Positions 41,810 through 51,174 of a stretch of 64,000 bases of DNA are shown piece after piece. Under the pieces are notes generated by a model. The model saw only the letters and a list, made by a program, of their open reading frames with translations, had not been told where the DNA came from and searched no databases. Position 1 is the first letter of the stretch. Every line of letters starts with the position of its first letter. Source of the stretch: Rhodospirillaceae bacterium (lineage in GTDB: Bacteria > Pseudomonadota > Alphaproteobacteria > MPNO01 > UBA2964); the NCBI GenBank assembly GCA_038146885.1, contig JAYQSM010000012.1, forward strand, positions 5,447 to 69,446. The letters run 5' to 3'. Made by a program: the position numbers and the translations under genes.

Positions 41810-43624
41810 CTAAGCGACAAAATAAGGCAAATCATCTTTAGGCGTACAACCCAATGTAACGATCCGCTCAGTGATTTTAACGGCCCTCTGATACTTAACT
41901 TCACAGTCACTCGGGGGGAGTTCTGACAGAATAGGTCCAATCATGGAAACACCATAATTCGCGGCTAAAGTTCCCACCTCTTTCCTTGTATCTAAGCCAT
42001 CTGCGAGCCAACTGAGTTCAAACTCCAATTGCTTCTCGACCAAGCGATCATTGTCGATCAGCTCGCGACGAATTTCCGCTTCAGTTTGGAGCGTTGTTTC
42101 CCAATACTCTGTCTCCGAAAGGGCCACATCAGCTTTAGATTTTTCAAAAGCCAGACAAAAAACGAGATACGCCTTCTCTTTACCATTGGCTCTCCGCCAA
42201 GCACTCTTGCCTAGGCTCTCCCAAACTCTCACATTTAATTCCTGATAAATTTCTGGAACGCGTGAAAAGAATATTCTGTGCAGTTTATTGTCATTTATTG
42301 AGAGATCTAGGCGTCTCTCTTTATAAACATCTATAGCCGCATATTTACCACAGGCAGGACAGGTATCTCCCTCGTTTTCTCCTTTTTTATAAATATGGGA
42401 ACAGGCACGACCAGTGCCGATCTCATTTTTACAAAGGAGATAGGTCTCGGGCTCTTCTTCATCATCCTGTTGCTGACCAATCCAGTTGAAACGATTTTGA
42501 AATTGAACAAAAGACCTTGGAGGACTCCACAGCAACCATTTTAGATTTTCTACAGGCCCAAAGGTGGTCCAATTTGAGCTCACATCAATGACGACACATT
42601 CCTTTTTACCTGGAGAAGATCGCAAGCCCCTGCCAACCGATTGGCCCCATAAGACTTTCGACAAAGTTGGTCTCATATGAACAATAATATTGCAGTCGGG
42701 ATTGTCCCACCCTTCTGTAAGAACTCCAACCGACACAAGGGCTTCAATTGCACCCGTGTCATGATCAGCCAGAATTTGACGTCTCCTTTTTAGGGGTGTG
42801 CCGGCAGTAATAATATCAGCATTAACTCCAATTTCCTGGAGTTTCCTAACCGTTACCTCCGCGACAACAACATCCGGACAGAACCACGCGGATATCGGTC
42901 TCCCATCGGTTTGTTCTCGTTCTTCCAGATATGCTCGGGTTGCGTAATCAAGCATTGAAGATTTTATTATTTCATCTGTCAGGCGCGCGACAGGATATTC
43001 TCCAGAGCTGACATCAATAGCTTCTAGGTCAAGATCATGAACAAAATGTGGTCGATAACGTGGCTTGACCAAAATACCCTCAGAGATGAGGTCATTAATG
43101 TCGGCACAATCAATTATTGCATCAAACGCAAGATTTAATTGATCTCTTTGATCGCCAGTGCGTCTTTCGGGGGAGGCTGTAAGACCTAAGAAATGAGATC
43201 CGGGCTTAGACTCATCTCTAAATTTTTCTATTATTCTGCGATATCCCTTTCCATTGGGAGAAACTCGATGGGCTTCATCAACAATAATTAAGTCTGCCTT
43301 TGTGATTGCATCTCCCACGACCTCTCGTGCCCGCATACTCGTAGACAACAATATATCATAATCCTCAAAGGCCTTTCCTTTGTCAGAAACCTCTAAAGTT
43401 CTTACCCTGCGTCCTTCACTAAGAGCCCCCTCTAACTGGTCCAAAAGGACAAGCCGATGACATAAAACAAGCACTTTTTTGTTTTGATAAAATCGATCGA
43501 TAATCTCTCGAGCGAGAACTGTTTTCCCTGCTCCTGTCGGTGCTTTAAGTATAAATCGTTTATAACTTGATAAAATCGTCGGGAAATCGTCGACGATTTT
43601 TTGTTGCCATCGGCGTAACTTCAT
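41810..43624 (-). CDS. SF2 DEAH-box helicase (ResIII/RadD-like) with Cys cluster and unknown C-terminal domain
   Basis: LRRWQ (Q motif), APTGAGKT, DEAH, GLTASP, LTEGWD, QSVGRGLR. Confidence 0.9.
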   Translation of the reverse strand: MKLRRWQQKIVDDFPTILSSYKRFILKAPTGAGKTVLAREIIDRFYQNKKVLVLCHRLVLLDQLEGALSEGRRVRTLEVSDKGKAFEDYDILLSTSMRAREVVGDAITKADLIIVDEAHRVSPNGKGYRRIIEKFRDESKPGSHFLGLTASPERRTGDQRDQLNLAFDAIIDCADINDLISEGILVKPRYRPHFVHDLDLEAIDVSSGEYPVARLTDEIIKSSMLDYATRAYLEEREQTDGRPISAWFCPDVVVAEVTVRKLQEIGVNADIITAGTPLKRRRQILADHDTGAIEALVSVGVLTEGWDNPDCNIIVHMRPTLSKVLWGQSVGRGLRSSPGKKECVVIDVSSNWTTFGPVENLKWLLWSPPRSFVQFQNRFNWIGQQQDDEEEPETYLLCKNEIGTGRACSHIYKKGENEGDTCPACGKYAAIDVYKERRLDLSINDNKLHRIFFSRVPEIYQELNVRVWESLGKSAWRRANGKEKAYLVFCLAFEKSKADVALSETEYWETTLQTEAEIRRELIDNDRLVEKQLEFELSWLADGLDTRKEVGTLAANYGVSMIGPILSELPPSDCEVKYQRAVKITERIVTLGCTPKDDLPYFVA

Positions 43625-43730
43625 GAAGTGCTATTACTCATTATCGTGAACCGATATCGTTTATCCCTTTTTTTTAAATAATGCAAAATTAGGTCTCGCG
43701 ATTTCTAAACGATTTTCGGCCAATCAATTT

Positions 43731-43754
43731 ATTTTTTAGCGATAGCTAAAAAAT
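43731..43754. promoter_or_regulatory. Perfect 10-bp inverted repeat (possible operator or bidirectional terminator)
   Basis: ATTTTTTAGC-GATA-GCTAAAAAAT upstream of the helicase gene. Confidence 0.4.
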
Positions 43755-43923
43755 TTATGCTGGTACTCCCTTAGTAGGGCCCGTGGGTAATCCTCGGGTT
43801 TTAAAACTTTGCCTTGCTGATTTCTAACGTGTCTTTCTTTTCAAACTGCTGAGTGTTGAGAGACCTTAATTATTGAATGCTCTTGAACCAAAATGGATCA
43901 AAGACAGGATCTATTCTGAGTTT

Positions 43924-44382
43924 TTAAAAAAGTTTTAAGGCGATCGCTGCGACAAAGATGTAACGTAGTGTCTTAGCGAAACAAACAATCACCAAAAAAC
44001 TCCAAATTGGCTCCTTAAGAATTCCGGCCACTATCGTTAGAGGATCTCCAATAAAAGGAGCCCAGCTGAAAAGAAGGCTCCACCTACCGTAGCGTCGATA
44101 CCAATTGCAGCTCCGCTCCAGCGCCCGAGGTTTAAGCGGAAACCATTTTTTATGCCTAAAACTTAGCGACCATTTTCCAAGTCCCCAATTTACAACCGCT
44201 CCAAGGGTATTACCCAGGCCCGCAGATGTGATGAGTAGGGCAAGATTGTAATCACCCGATAATATTAACCCTGCTAGACCGATCTCCGATTGCGCAGGCA
44301 GAATTGTCGCGGCCAGGAACGCCAGGGCAAATAACCCCAGATACACGGGAATATCTATCAAAAAACTATTCCCCGGAACCAC
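43924..44382 (-). CDS. YqaA/DedA (VTT domain) membrane protein
   Basis: AFLAATILPAQSE, GNTLGAVVNW, LLFSWAPFIGDPLT. Confidence 0.92.
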   Translation of the reverse strand: MVPGNSFLIDIPVYLGLFALAFLAATILPAQSEIGLAGLILSGDYNLALLITSAGLGNTLGAVVNWGLGKWSLSFRHKKWFPLKPRALERSCNWYRRYGRWSLLFSWAPFIGDPLTIVAGILKEPIWSFLVIVCFAKTLRYIFVAAIALKLF

Positions 44383-44516
44383 TCAAAAAAGCCGTTGGTA
44401 GGACTCGAGCATAGAGCTTGTTTAACAATATCTTTAAATTAAACATACTAGTTCATACGCTATCAACAAAGTCATACCGGTGAGATGAGCATCTCCGCGG
44501 AGTTACTAGTTTTAAG

Positions 44517-44729
44517 ATGAACATTTCTAATTACTCGCTTTTCCTGGTAATTCTGATCTTTGCTATTGTAGTATTCAGTTTTCTGAAACCCGATTTCCCT
44601 AATCAGCTCGCCCTCAAACTCAAAATCACAAGCGACAAAGGTAGAACCCGTTTCTTAATAGGCTATTGGTTATGTATCCCAGTCCTAATTTACAAGCTTA
44701 TGGACATGATTTGGAAAAGTAATTTTTAA
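44517..44729 (+). CDS. Small hypothetical membrane protein (two hydrophobic segments)
   Basis: 70-aa ORF; GGAG upstream. Confidence 0.5.
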   Translation: MNISNYSLFLVILIFAIVVFSFLKPDFPNQLALKLKITSDKGRTRFLIGYWLCIPVLIYKLMDMIWKSNF

Positions 44730-44854
44730 GGACAAAACGCGAGATTAGAGTTGTTATCAGGTTCATCGGTTTGGGTAAGAAAATTAAATTATCTTGACGA
44801 ATAAATCATTTGATTTGACCCTCGATCGGACCTGATCTTTCGGACAGCAAAGAA

Positions 44855-47203
44855 ATGAAAAAACTGACTGCAATGGAAGTGGGCAAACCCATTTTCCCAA
44901 CAAATCATGCAGAAGCGGGCTCATCAAATATCTTTGATTTGTCGAGTCACTGCCGCGCTCGAGAGGCCCTAGAGTTTGCTCTCAGCCTAGATGACCCCCG
45001 ATTTAACGTTTTTGTTCTGGGGGAGGAACAAAGTGGCCGCCTCACAAATACTCACCAGTTTGTTAAAAAAATAGCTAAGACTCTTAGTTCTCCTGGGGAC
45101 TGGATCTATCTTTATAACTTCCATAAACCCACCGAACCTCTTCCATTTCTCCTTCCGACAGGGAAAGGCAGGCAGATAAGGGAGGCCCTAAAAATTTTGA
45201 TTTCTCATCTTCGAGAGACAATTCGCGATGCTATTAATAATGAAAAATTTAATGCCAAGGTTGAGTCAGAAAATAGAGCTTTAAGCGACAACCTTGAAGG
45301 GCGCCTAAACAATCTCAGGGAGCAGGCCCGAGAAAATGGATTGGATCTCATTCAAACAGAAAATGGCCCAATAATTGTTGCAATTGACGCTGGCGGACAA
45401 CCTGTTCCATCCGATTCTGTTAGCGATTCACAACGAGCACTGTTAGCGGAGTTTGGACCTAAATTGTCCGAAGAATTAAAGGATATTAACCGGGATTCAG
45501 CTGCTCTTCGTCTTGAGCTGCAAACACGAGTTAATGGGCTAGCACGGGAAGTGGTCGATCAAGCTACCGCCACAATAGTAGACCAATTTGAAGCCAATTT
45601 TGGAGAAATCCCAGTACTCAAACGATGGATTGTTGAGCTGCGCGCTGATATAATTCAAAACTTCAATCGTTTTCTTCCAAGACGGGAGAACGAACATTCA
45701 GAACCCAGGGGACGAACACTTCGTTATACAGCCAACCTCCTGGTGGATAACTCCGATATAAATTCTGCCCCGGTGGTTATTGAGCCTAATCCTACTTACG
45801 AAAATCTATTTGGGAGGCTTGAGTACTACCAATCAGAGCGCACCTTTGAAACTGATTTCACTTTGATAAAGTCAGGTAGCCTTCATCGTGCAAATGGCGG
45901 GATTCTAATATTGAGGGCTGAGGCTGTTGCTAATAATCGGGGTGTCTGGGAGTTTCTGAAATCGGCCCTACGGGACCAAGAAATACGAATAGAGGAGCCA
46001 CACCGCTCTGGTGGTTTGCCAGTTGCCGGGGCACCAAAACCCGCTCCTATTCCTCTATCCATAAGAGTTATTCTCGTAGGTTCACCCCACTGGTATTACA
46101 GCGTATTTGCTCATGATCCAGAATTTAAAAATTACTTTAAAGTAAAGGCCGATATTGATCCCGACTTTCAAGCAACAGCCGCTAATTGCGATGTTTACAG
46201 ATCCATCATAAAGGCAAGAGCACAACAGTTAGGCTGCGCAGAAATTACCCCCGATGCTCTGGATTACCTGCTTGGCATTGCTGCGCGATGGGCCAGCGAC
46301 AGATATAAGATTTCATCGCAGTGTGAACGCCTGGAAGAAGTAATCATTGAAGCCAATGGGCTCCGTCAGGTTGAAAAATCTATTGCTAAAGAAGATATCG
46401 CGGGTGCCGTAGGTAATAGGAGACGTCGAAATGCTAGGCTTGAAGACCGCACAAATGAAAGTTTAATTAATGGTACAATAAAAATAACCACCTCGGGTTG
46501 GGTGGTGGGGCAAGTGAATGGTCTCACCGTCCGGAACACCGGCGATCATAGCTTTGGTAGTCCGACCCGGATCACCGCTAGAGCCTCAGCTGGAAGAGAA
46601 GGAATTACTAATATCGAAAGAGACACAGAATTGGGTGGCCCGATACAGCAAAAAGGAGTTCTTATCTTGCAGGGATTCCTGTCAGGTATTTTTGCGCGGC
46701 AGTATCCCTTGTCTTTTAATTGTTCAATTACTTTTGAACAAAATTATGGAGGTGTTGAAGGTGATAGTGCCTCCCTCGCCGAATTGCTTGCTATTTTATC
46801 CGATCTTTCTGGAGTTCCATTGCGTCAAGATCTGGCGATCACTGGGTCCGTAAATCAACGCGGTGAAGCTCAGGCTATCGGAGGTGCCAATCATAAAATT
46901 GAGGGCTTCTTCCGAACTTGCAAAGCTACCGGAGAGTTAACAGGAGAGCAGGGGGTCGTAATTCCCTTTTCCAATGAACGCAACCTGATTTTACGAGACG
47001 AAGTTATTGAAGCAGTTCGGGATGAGACTTTCCACATCTACAGTGTAAAAACAATTGAAGAGGCAATCTTTCTTTTTACCGGTATCAAGGCCGGTGATGA
47101 AGATAATACAGGACAATTTCCATCAGGTTCTGTTTATGGACAAGTTTTAAAACAGCTTGATTTATTCGATGCGTTGCTCACGAGACAAGAACGAAGAATT
47201 TAA
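44855..47203 (+). CDS. Lon-like protease (AAA_32 plus Lon proteolytic domain, LonC/YcbZ type)
   Basis: GSLHRANGG, GQVNGL, FEQNYGGVEGDSAS (catalytic Ser), IGGANHKIEGF (catalytic Lys); degenerate Walker A (GEEQSGR). Confidence 0.92.
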   Translation: MKKLTAMEVGKPIFPTNHAEAGSSNIFDLSSHCRAREALEFALSLDDPRFNVFVLGEEQSGRLTNTHQFVKKIAKTLSSPGDWIYLYNFHKPTEPLPFLLPTGKGRQIREALKILISHLRETIRDAINNEKFNAKVESENRALSDNLEGRLNNLREQARENGLDLIQTENGPIIVAIDAGGQPVPSDSVSDSQRALLAEFGPKLSEELKDINRDSAALRLELQTRVNGLAREVVDQATATIVDQFEANFGEIPVLKRWIVELRADIIQNFNRFLPRRENEHSEPRGRTLRYTANLLVDNSDINSAPVVIEPNPTYENLFGRLEYYQSERTFETDFTLIKSGSLHRANGGILILRAEAVANNRGVWEFLKSALRDQEIRIEEPHRSGGLPVAGAPKPAPIPLSIRVILVGSPHWYYSVFAHDPEFKNYFKVKADIDPDFQATAANCDVYRSIIKARAQQLGCAEITPDALDYLLGIAARWASDRYKISSQCERLEEVIIEANGLRQVEKSIAKEDIAGAVGNRRRRNARLEDRTNESLINGTIKITTSGWVVGQVNGLTVRNTGDHSFGSPTRITARASAGREGITNIERDTELGGPIQQKGVLILQGFLSGIFARQYPLSFNCSITFEQNYGGVEGDSASLAELLAILSDLSGVPLRQDLAITGSVNQRGEAQAIGGANHKIEGFFRTCKATGELTGEQGVVIPFSNERNLILRDEVIEAVRDETFHIYSVKTIEEAIFLFTGIKAGDEDNTGQFPSGSVYGQVLKQLDLFDALLTRQERRI

Positions 47204-47234
47204 TATAGAACTCTGATTTAATCAGAGCCTTTGA

Positions 47235-47555
47235 ACAAAATCTGCTTTACGAACTGGAAATGACAAGACTTCGCGAACCTTTCGAGAACTCGAAGAACAT
47301 GGATTCTTAATTGCGAGAACCAAGGGCGCTTTCGATTGGAAAGCTGGGACAGGAAAGGGTCGAGCCACGGAGTGGGAGATGACGACAGAGGACTGTGATC
47401 GGAGGCCTTCAAAGAATAATTACAGAGATTGCAAAAAAACACGGTTCCCGTTACCGGAGCCGCTGGTACCCAGGAGAGGAAACGTTACAGTTGTTCGGAC
47501 CCTTAATGTCCTCTCATCGGTAGGCAAAACAGGAACCGAAATCACAAATGTTTGA
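47235..47555 (+). pseudogene. Start-less remnant of an HTH protein typical of alphaproteobacterial integrated/satellite elements
   Basis: Open frame ..ALRTGNDKTSRTFRELEEHGFLIARTKGAFDWKAGTGKGRATEWEMT.. (wHTH with F.EL...GF and ATEW.LT-like motifs), preceded by an in-frame TGA. Confidence 0.6.
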
Positions 47556-47580
47556 GTTTATCGGTTCCCGACATGGAAGC
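47443..47580. repeat. Four degenerate palindromes of the GGTTCC-N6/7-GGAACC type
   Basis: 47443-47461 GGTTCC..GGAGCC; 47465-47483 GGTACC..GGAAAC; 47519-47537 GGTAGG..GGAACC; 47563-47580 GGTTCC..GGAAGC. Confidence 0.55.
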
Positions 47581-47894
47581 ACTTATAATCTACCAATAGG
47601 GAGCTATCTTGTTTTCCTATTTTTTACAGGGGCATCAAAATTATGAGACATCAGCCGAAGCGAATTCCAGAATGGCTAGCCATTGGCGGAACAAAAAGTC
47701 CAAAATTTGATAACTCTTGCTTATTTTCATTTCCGATAAAAAACTAAGGCTTTCCATTCAGTGCGTCGCAGAATCGACCCCGCACCGTTAAAAATTTCAT
47801 AACTTTATTAACTAGTGATAAACAAATCCAAAAAACGATACTGGATCGGAATTGTCCTGCGCGATAGAATTGATCCGAACAAGGGAGACCGCAT

Positions 47895-48356
47895 ATGGCC
47901 GGGCGTATCGAACAGCGTTTGAAGGAAATCGGAATTGACCTGCCGGAGGCGCGCGCGCCGTCGGCCAACTACGTTCCCTGGCGCCGCAGCGGCAACCAGA
48001 TCTTCATTTCCGGCCAGGTATCCGCCGCCGGCGATGAAATCATCACCGGCAAGATCGGCGACGACCTGACGCCAGAGGACGGATACAAGGCGGCACGGCT
48101 TTGCGCGATCAGCATCCTTACCCAGCTCAAGGGCGCAGTTGGTGACGACATGGACCGGTGCCGGGCGATCAAGCTCGGCGGTTTCGTCAATGCAACGCCC
48201 GATTTCACCGGCCCGCCCGCCGTCATGAACGGCGCATCGGACTTGATGGTCGAGGTGTTCGGCGACAACGGCAAGCATGCGCGCTTCGCCGTCGCTGTCG
48301 CCTCGCTGCCGCAGGGCGCCGCCGTCGAGGTTGATGCAATCTTCGAGATCGAGTAG
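47895..48356 (+). CDS. RidA/YjgF/YER057c family protein, high-GC
   Basis: ANYVP, ISGQV, KLGGFVNA, NGASDL, GKHARFAV, AVEVD; SD AAGGGAG. Confidence 0.93.
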   Translation: MAGRIEQRLKEIGIDLPEARAPSANYVPWRRSGNQIFISGQVSAAGDEIITGKIGDDLTPEDGYKAARLCAISILTQLKGAVGDDMDRCRAIKLGGFVNATPDFTGPPAVMNGASDLMVEVFGDNGKHARFAVAVASLPQGAAVEVDAIFEIE

Positions 48357-48699
48357 GGATACCCGGCGGGCGGAGTTCCCTCACTGGTCCTACGTCTCAA
48401 ATGCAGGTCTATGTAACCGCCCAGGGAGAAGGCTTTCCGTTAGTTCTGGATTTTTATAGCCATTATTCGTGATCATTTGTTCTCATAAATTTCCATTTCT
48501 GAACTAAAAGGGCAGGGTAAGATTGAGTTGTTCGGACTACCTCTGACCGTTTCCATTTTTTTCCACCTCTTCCCCATTCTTTTCTTTAATAGGTGGTCAA
48601 AATTTATTCGATACGGGTCAGCATATTGCCAGAAATCCGCCAATCATAAGCAATCGAGGGCCTTTATTTTGACGCATAATGAGAACCCCGTTCCAGATT

Positions 48700-48888
48700 T
48701 CTGATACTAAGGAGGGGCAGGGGTCGTGCGTAACCCGCAGTCGATCCTTCTGATAAAGGGCCGCGAAAAACAAGCGGTAATCTTGTCGTCCCATTACCGC
48801 AACCTTACCGTGAACATTGTCTGTCCTCCTCGCGCGCTTGCGCTCAGGCGGCTACATACCAGCGATTGCGAAGATATCTTTCGGGCAT
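48700..48888 (-). pseudogene. Degraded N-terminus of a Rieske oxygenase (VanA-like)
   Basis: MPERYLRNRWYVAA then TGA where W is expected (LRNxWYVAAW motif), then a degenerate LPLVFR; extent uncertain. Confidence 0.5.
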
Positions 48889-48979
48889 CCTGGCTTCTGT
48901 TCGGTCTTGCGCGCTATAATGTCGCCTGCTGTATAATCCGGTAACGCGCCTTATACGCTTCACGGAGGGGAGAAATGCC

Positions 48980-49465
48980 ATGCCATCTTTCGATATCGTC
49001 TCACGCACCGAAATGACGGAGGTCGACAACGCCGTCCAGGGCGCCATGCGCGAAATCGGCACGCGCTACGATTTCAAGGGCAGCAGCAGCACGATCGAGC
49101 GCAATGACCAGACCCTGCTGATCAAGACGGAAGACGATCTGAAGCTAAAACAAGTGCAGGAGCTGCTGCGCGGCCATATGGCCAAACGCAAGGTCGATGT
49201 CGGCGTGCTCGATTTCAAAGAACCGGAAAAGGCATTCGGCAACTCACTGCGCCAGACGGTGCTGGTCAAGCAGGGCATCGAGCGCGACCTCGCCCAGAAG
49301 ATCGTCAAGACGATCAAGGGCTCAAAGGTCAAGGTGCAGGTCGCGATCCAGGGCGACGAGCTGCGCGTCAGCGGCAAGAAGCGCGACGACCTGCAAGCCG
49401 CCATCGCGTTGATCAAGGAAAGCAAGATCGACCAGCCGCTGCAGTATATCAATTTCCGCGACTGA
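48980..49465 (+). CDS. yajQ: YajQ family nucleotide/cyclic-di-GMP-binding protein, high-GC
   Basis: MPSFDIVS, RYDFKGS, KVQVAIQGDELRVSGKKRDDLQ, NFRD. Confidence 0.96.
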   Translation: MPSFDIVSRTEMTEVDNAVQGAMREIGTRYDFKGSSSTIERNDQTLLIKTEDDLKLKQVQELLRGHMAKRKVDVGVLDFKEPEKAFGNSLRQTVLVKQGIERDLAQKIVKTIKGSKVKVQVAIQGDELRVSGKKRDDLQAAIALIKESKIDQPLQYINFRD

Positions 49466-49542
49466 GGATTTTGGACTGGGGACTCCAGCCTGGGGACGCG
49501 TGGGCTGGGAGTGTGGCTAAAAGAGGGGGATATCCCTGATTA

Positions 49543-49632
49543 TGGCGGACGGGGTGGGATTCGAACCCACGAGACGCTTGCACGCCTGCTGGTTTTCAAG
49601 ACCAGTGCCTTCAACCACTCGGCCACCCGTCC
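49543..49632 (-). tRNA. tRNA-Ser (TGA)
   Basis: Reverse complement GGACGGGTGGCCGAGTGG...CTGGT-CTTGAAA-ACCAG, long variable arm, GGTTCGAATCC, GCCA end. Confidence 0.97.
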
Positions 49633-49680
49633 GTCTCTTATTTCATTTACGAGAAATAATGATTTAAACCAAGGGGTGTT

Positions 49681-51051
49681 TTAATTTAATAGAATTCGTT
49701 CAATGGCCCCAGCCGCTGAGAAAAGATCAGCATCCTTTCCTTCAAATCCCATGATTTGGATACCCAGTGGTAATCCAGAGCACGTTAGAGCGGGCAAAGA
49801 AATGGTTGGGATACCAAGCATTGACGTGGGAACAGTAAAAATAGGATTACCGGTCGATTCGAGACCGAGAGGTGCTCCACCTGTGGCCGATAACGTTATA
49901 CAACAATCGAATTCATTCTGGGCTGACGCAAAGACTTTACGGGCCTCATATCTTCTCGCTAATAATCCTGAAAATTGTTCTTGGCTCATCTTATTCGCCT
50001 CGGACAGACGTTCCTTGGATGGCTTCGAGAGTTTGTCGGAATCCATATCTCTTGCATAGGTGTTAAGGGGCCATTTCCCCTCCCATGCATTGATCTGACG
50101 GGAAAGCGGGCCGGCGTCCTCAATAACTTCCTCTATCGCCTCAACAAGATCACTTCTCTCCCGAGTAATTATTTCTATCCCAGACCGCTCCATTGCAGAA
50201 ATTGCACTCTCGATAGCGCCTTTTGCTTCCTCTTCTGCAAATTTCCAGCCGGCGGTTTCGAGAAACATAATCTTCCTCGGTATAGCGGGATCTGGTAGTT
50301 CCATCGGCCCTATTACACCAATATAACCGGCATCCCCCCCAGCCCGAGCAGTGATGGCCCTAATCATATTCCAGCTGTCTGCCAGCGAGGCACCAAGAGC
50401 ACCTGTACAGCTTTGACTAAAACCATCAAAACTGCCACCTCGATTGACACCTCCGACACTGGGCTTGTATCCAACTGCACCGCAGAAACTCGCTGGCCGT
50501 ATTATCGAGCCAATAACTTGAGAGCCGAGGGCCCCAGAGAGCATACCTATTCCAACGGCCGCGGCTGAGCCACTACTCGATCCTCCAGGAGTTCGCTCTA
50601 GGTCCCACGGGTTCCTGGTTCCTCGTGGCTGTGTCGCAGCAAATTCCGTTGTGACCGTTTTTGAAACAATTACAGCACCGGCCTCTCGGAGCGCCGAAAC
50701 GGCCGCACAATCACGATTTCCACGCCAGCCCAAAAACAGAGGTGAGCCCTGTTCGGTAGGCATATTTCGTGTTTCCATGACATCCTTGATTCCTACCGGC
50801 ATTCCATCGATTGGCGAAAGAGTTTTTCCAGTTTTCCATCTTGCGTCGGACTCTGTTGCCTCTTTTCTAGCCCCATCAAGATCTATCGAAACAAATGCGC
50901 CGACTTCAGGCTCTATAGCCTCGATTTTTTCGATACATTTCTCAAGTAACTCAGATGGCTTCGAGCGACCGGAGCTAAATTCCGGACGGAGTGCTGCAAA
51001 AGAGCAACGCTGTAAATGAGATTCTTCCAGAGAAAATTGGTTTGCCATCAT
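49681..51051 (-). CDS. Amidase signature family protein
   Basis: GMPVGIKD, TPGGSSSGSAAAV, GSQVIGSIIRPASFCG. Confidence 0.93.
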   Translation of the reverse strand: MMANQFSLEESHLQRCSFAALRPEFSSGRSKPSELLEKCIEKIEAIEPEVGAFVSIDLDGARKEATESDARWKTGKTLSPIDGMPVGIKDVMETRNMPTEQGSPLFLGWRGNRDCAAVSALREAGAVIVSKTVTTEFAATQPRGTRNPWDLERTPGGSSSGSAAAVGIGMLSGALGSQVIGSIIRPASFCGAVGYKPSVGGVNRGGSFDGFSQSCTGALGASLADSWNMIRAITARAGGDAGYIGVIGPMELPDPAIPRKIMFLETAGWKFAEEEAKGAIESAISAMERSGIEIITRERSDLVEAIEEVIEDAGPLSRQINAWEGKWPLNTYARDMDSDKLSKPSKERLSEANKMSQEQFSGLLARRYEARKVFASAQNEFDCCITLSATGGAPLGLESTGNPIFTVPTSMLGIPTISLPALTCSGLPLGIQIMGFEGKDADLFSAAGAIERILLN

Positions 51052-51174
51052 TCATCCCTTTAGTTACGAATAATTTTGAGTGCGCCGCTTAATACGGAGT
51101 TTAGATAGACCTTAGTTAATGTATTCTCTTCAATCACTGAGAAACAACTTAGTCTTGTAGTATCTCCTGATAAA

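Noticed and set aside
43690-43760. SAM-II/SAM-alpha riboswitch (GCTAAA present)
   Set aside because: The upstream consensus and pseudoknot are absent and no downstream methionine gene lies in that orientation; a simple inverted repeat explains it.
47684-47690. TGGCGGA as an att duplicate of the tRNA-Ser 3' end
   Set aside because: Only 7 bp, expected by chance, and the HTH relic lies outside it.
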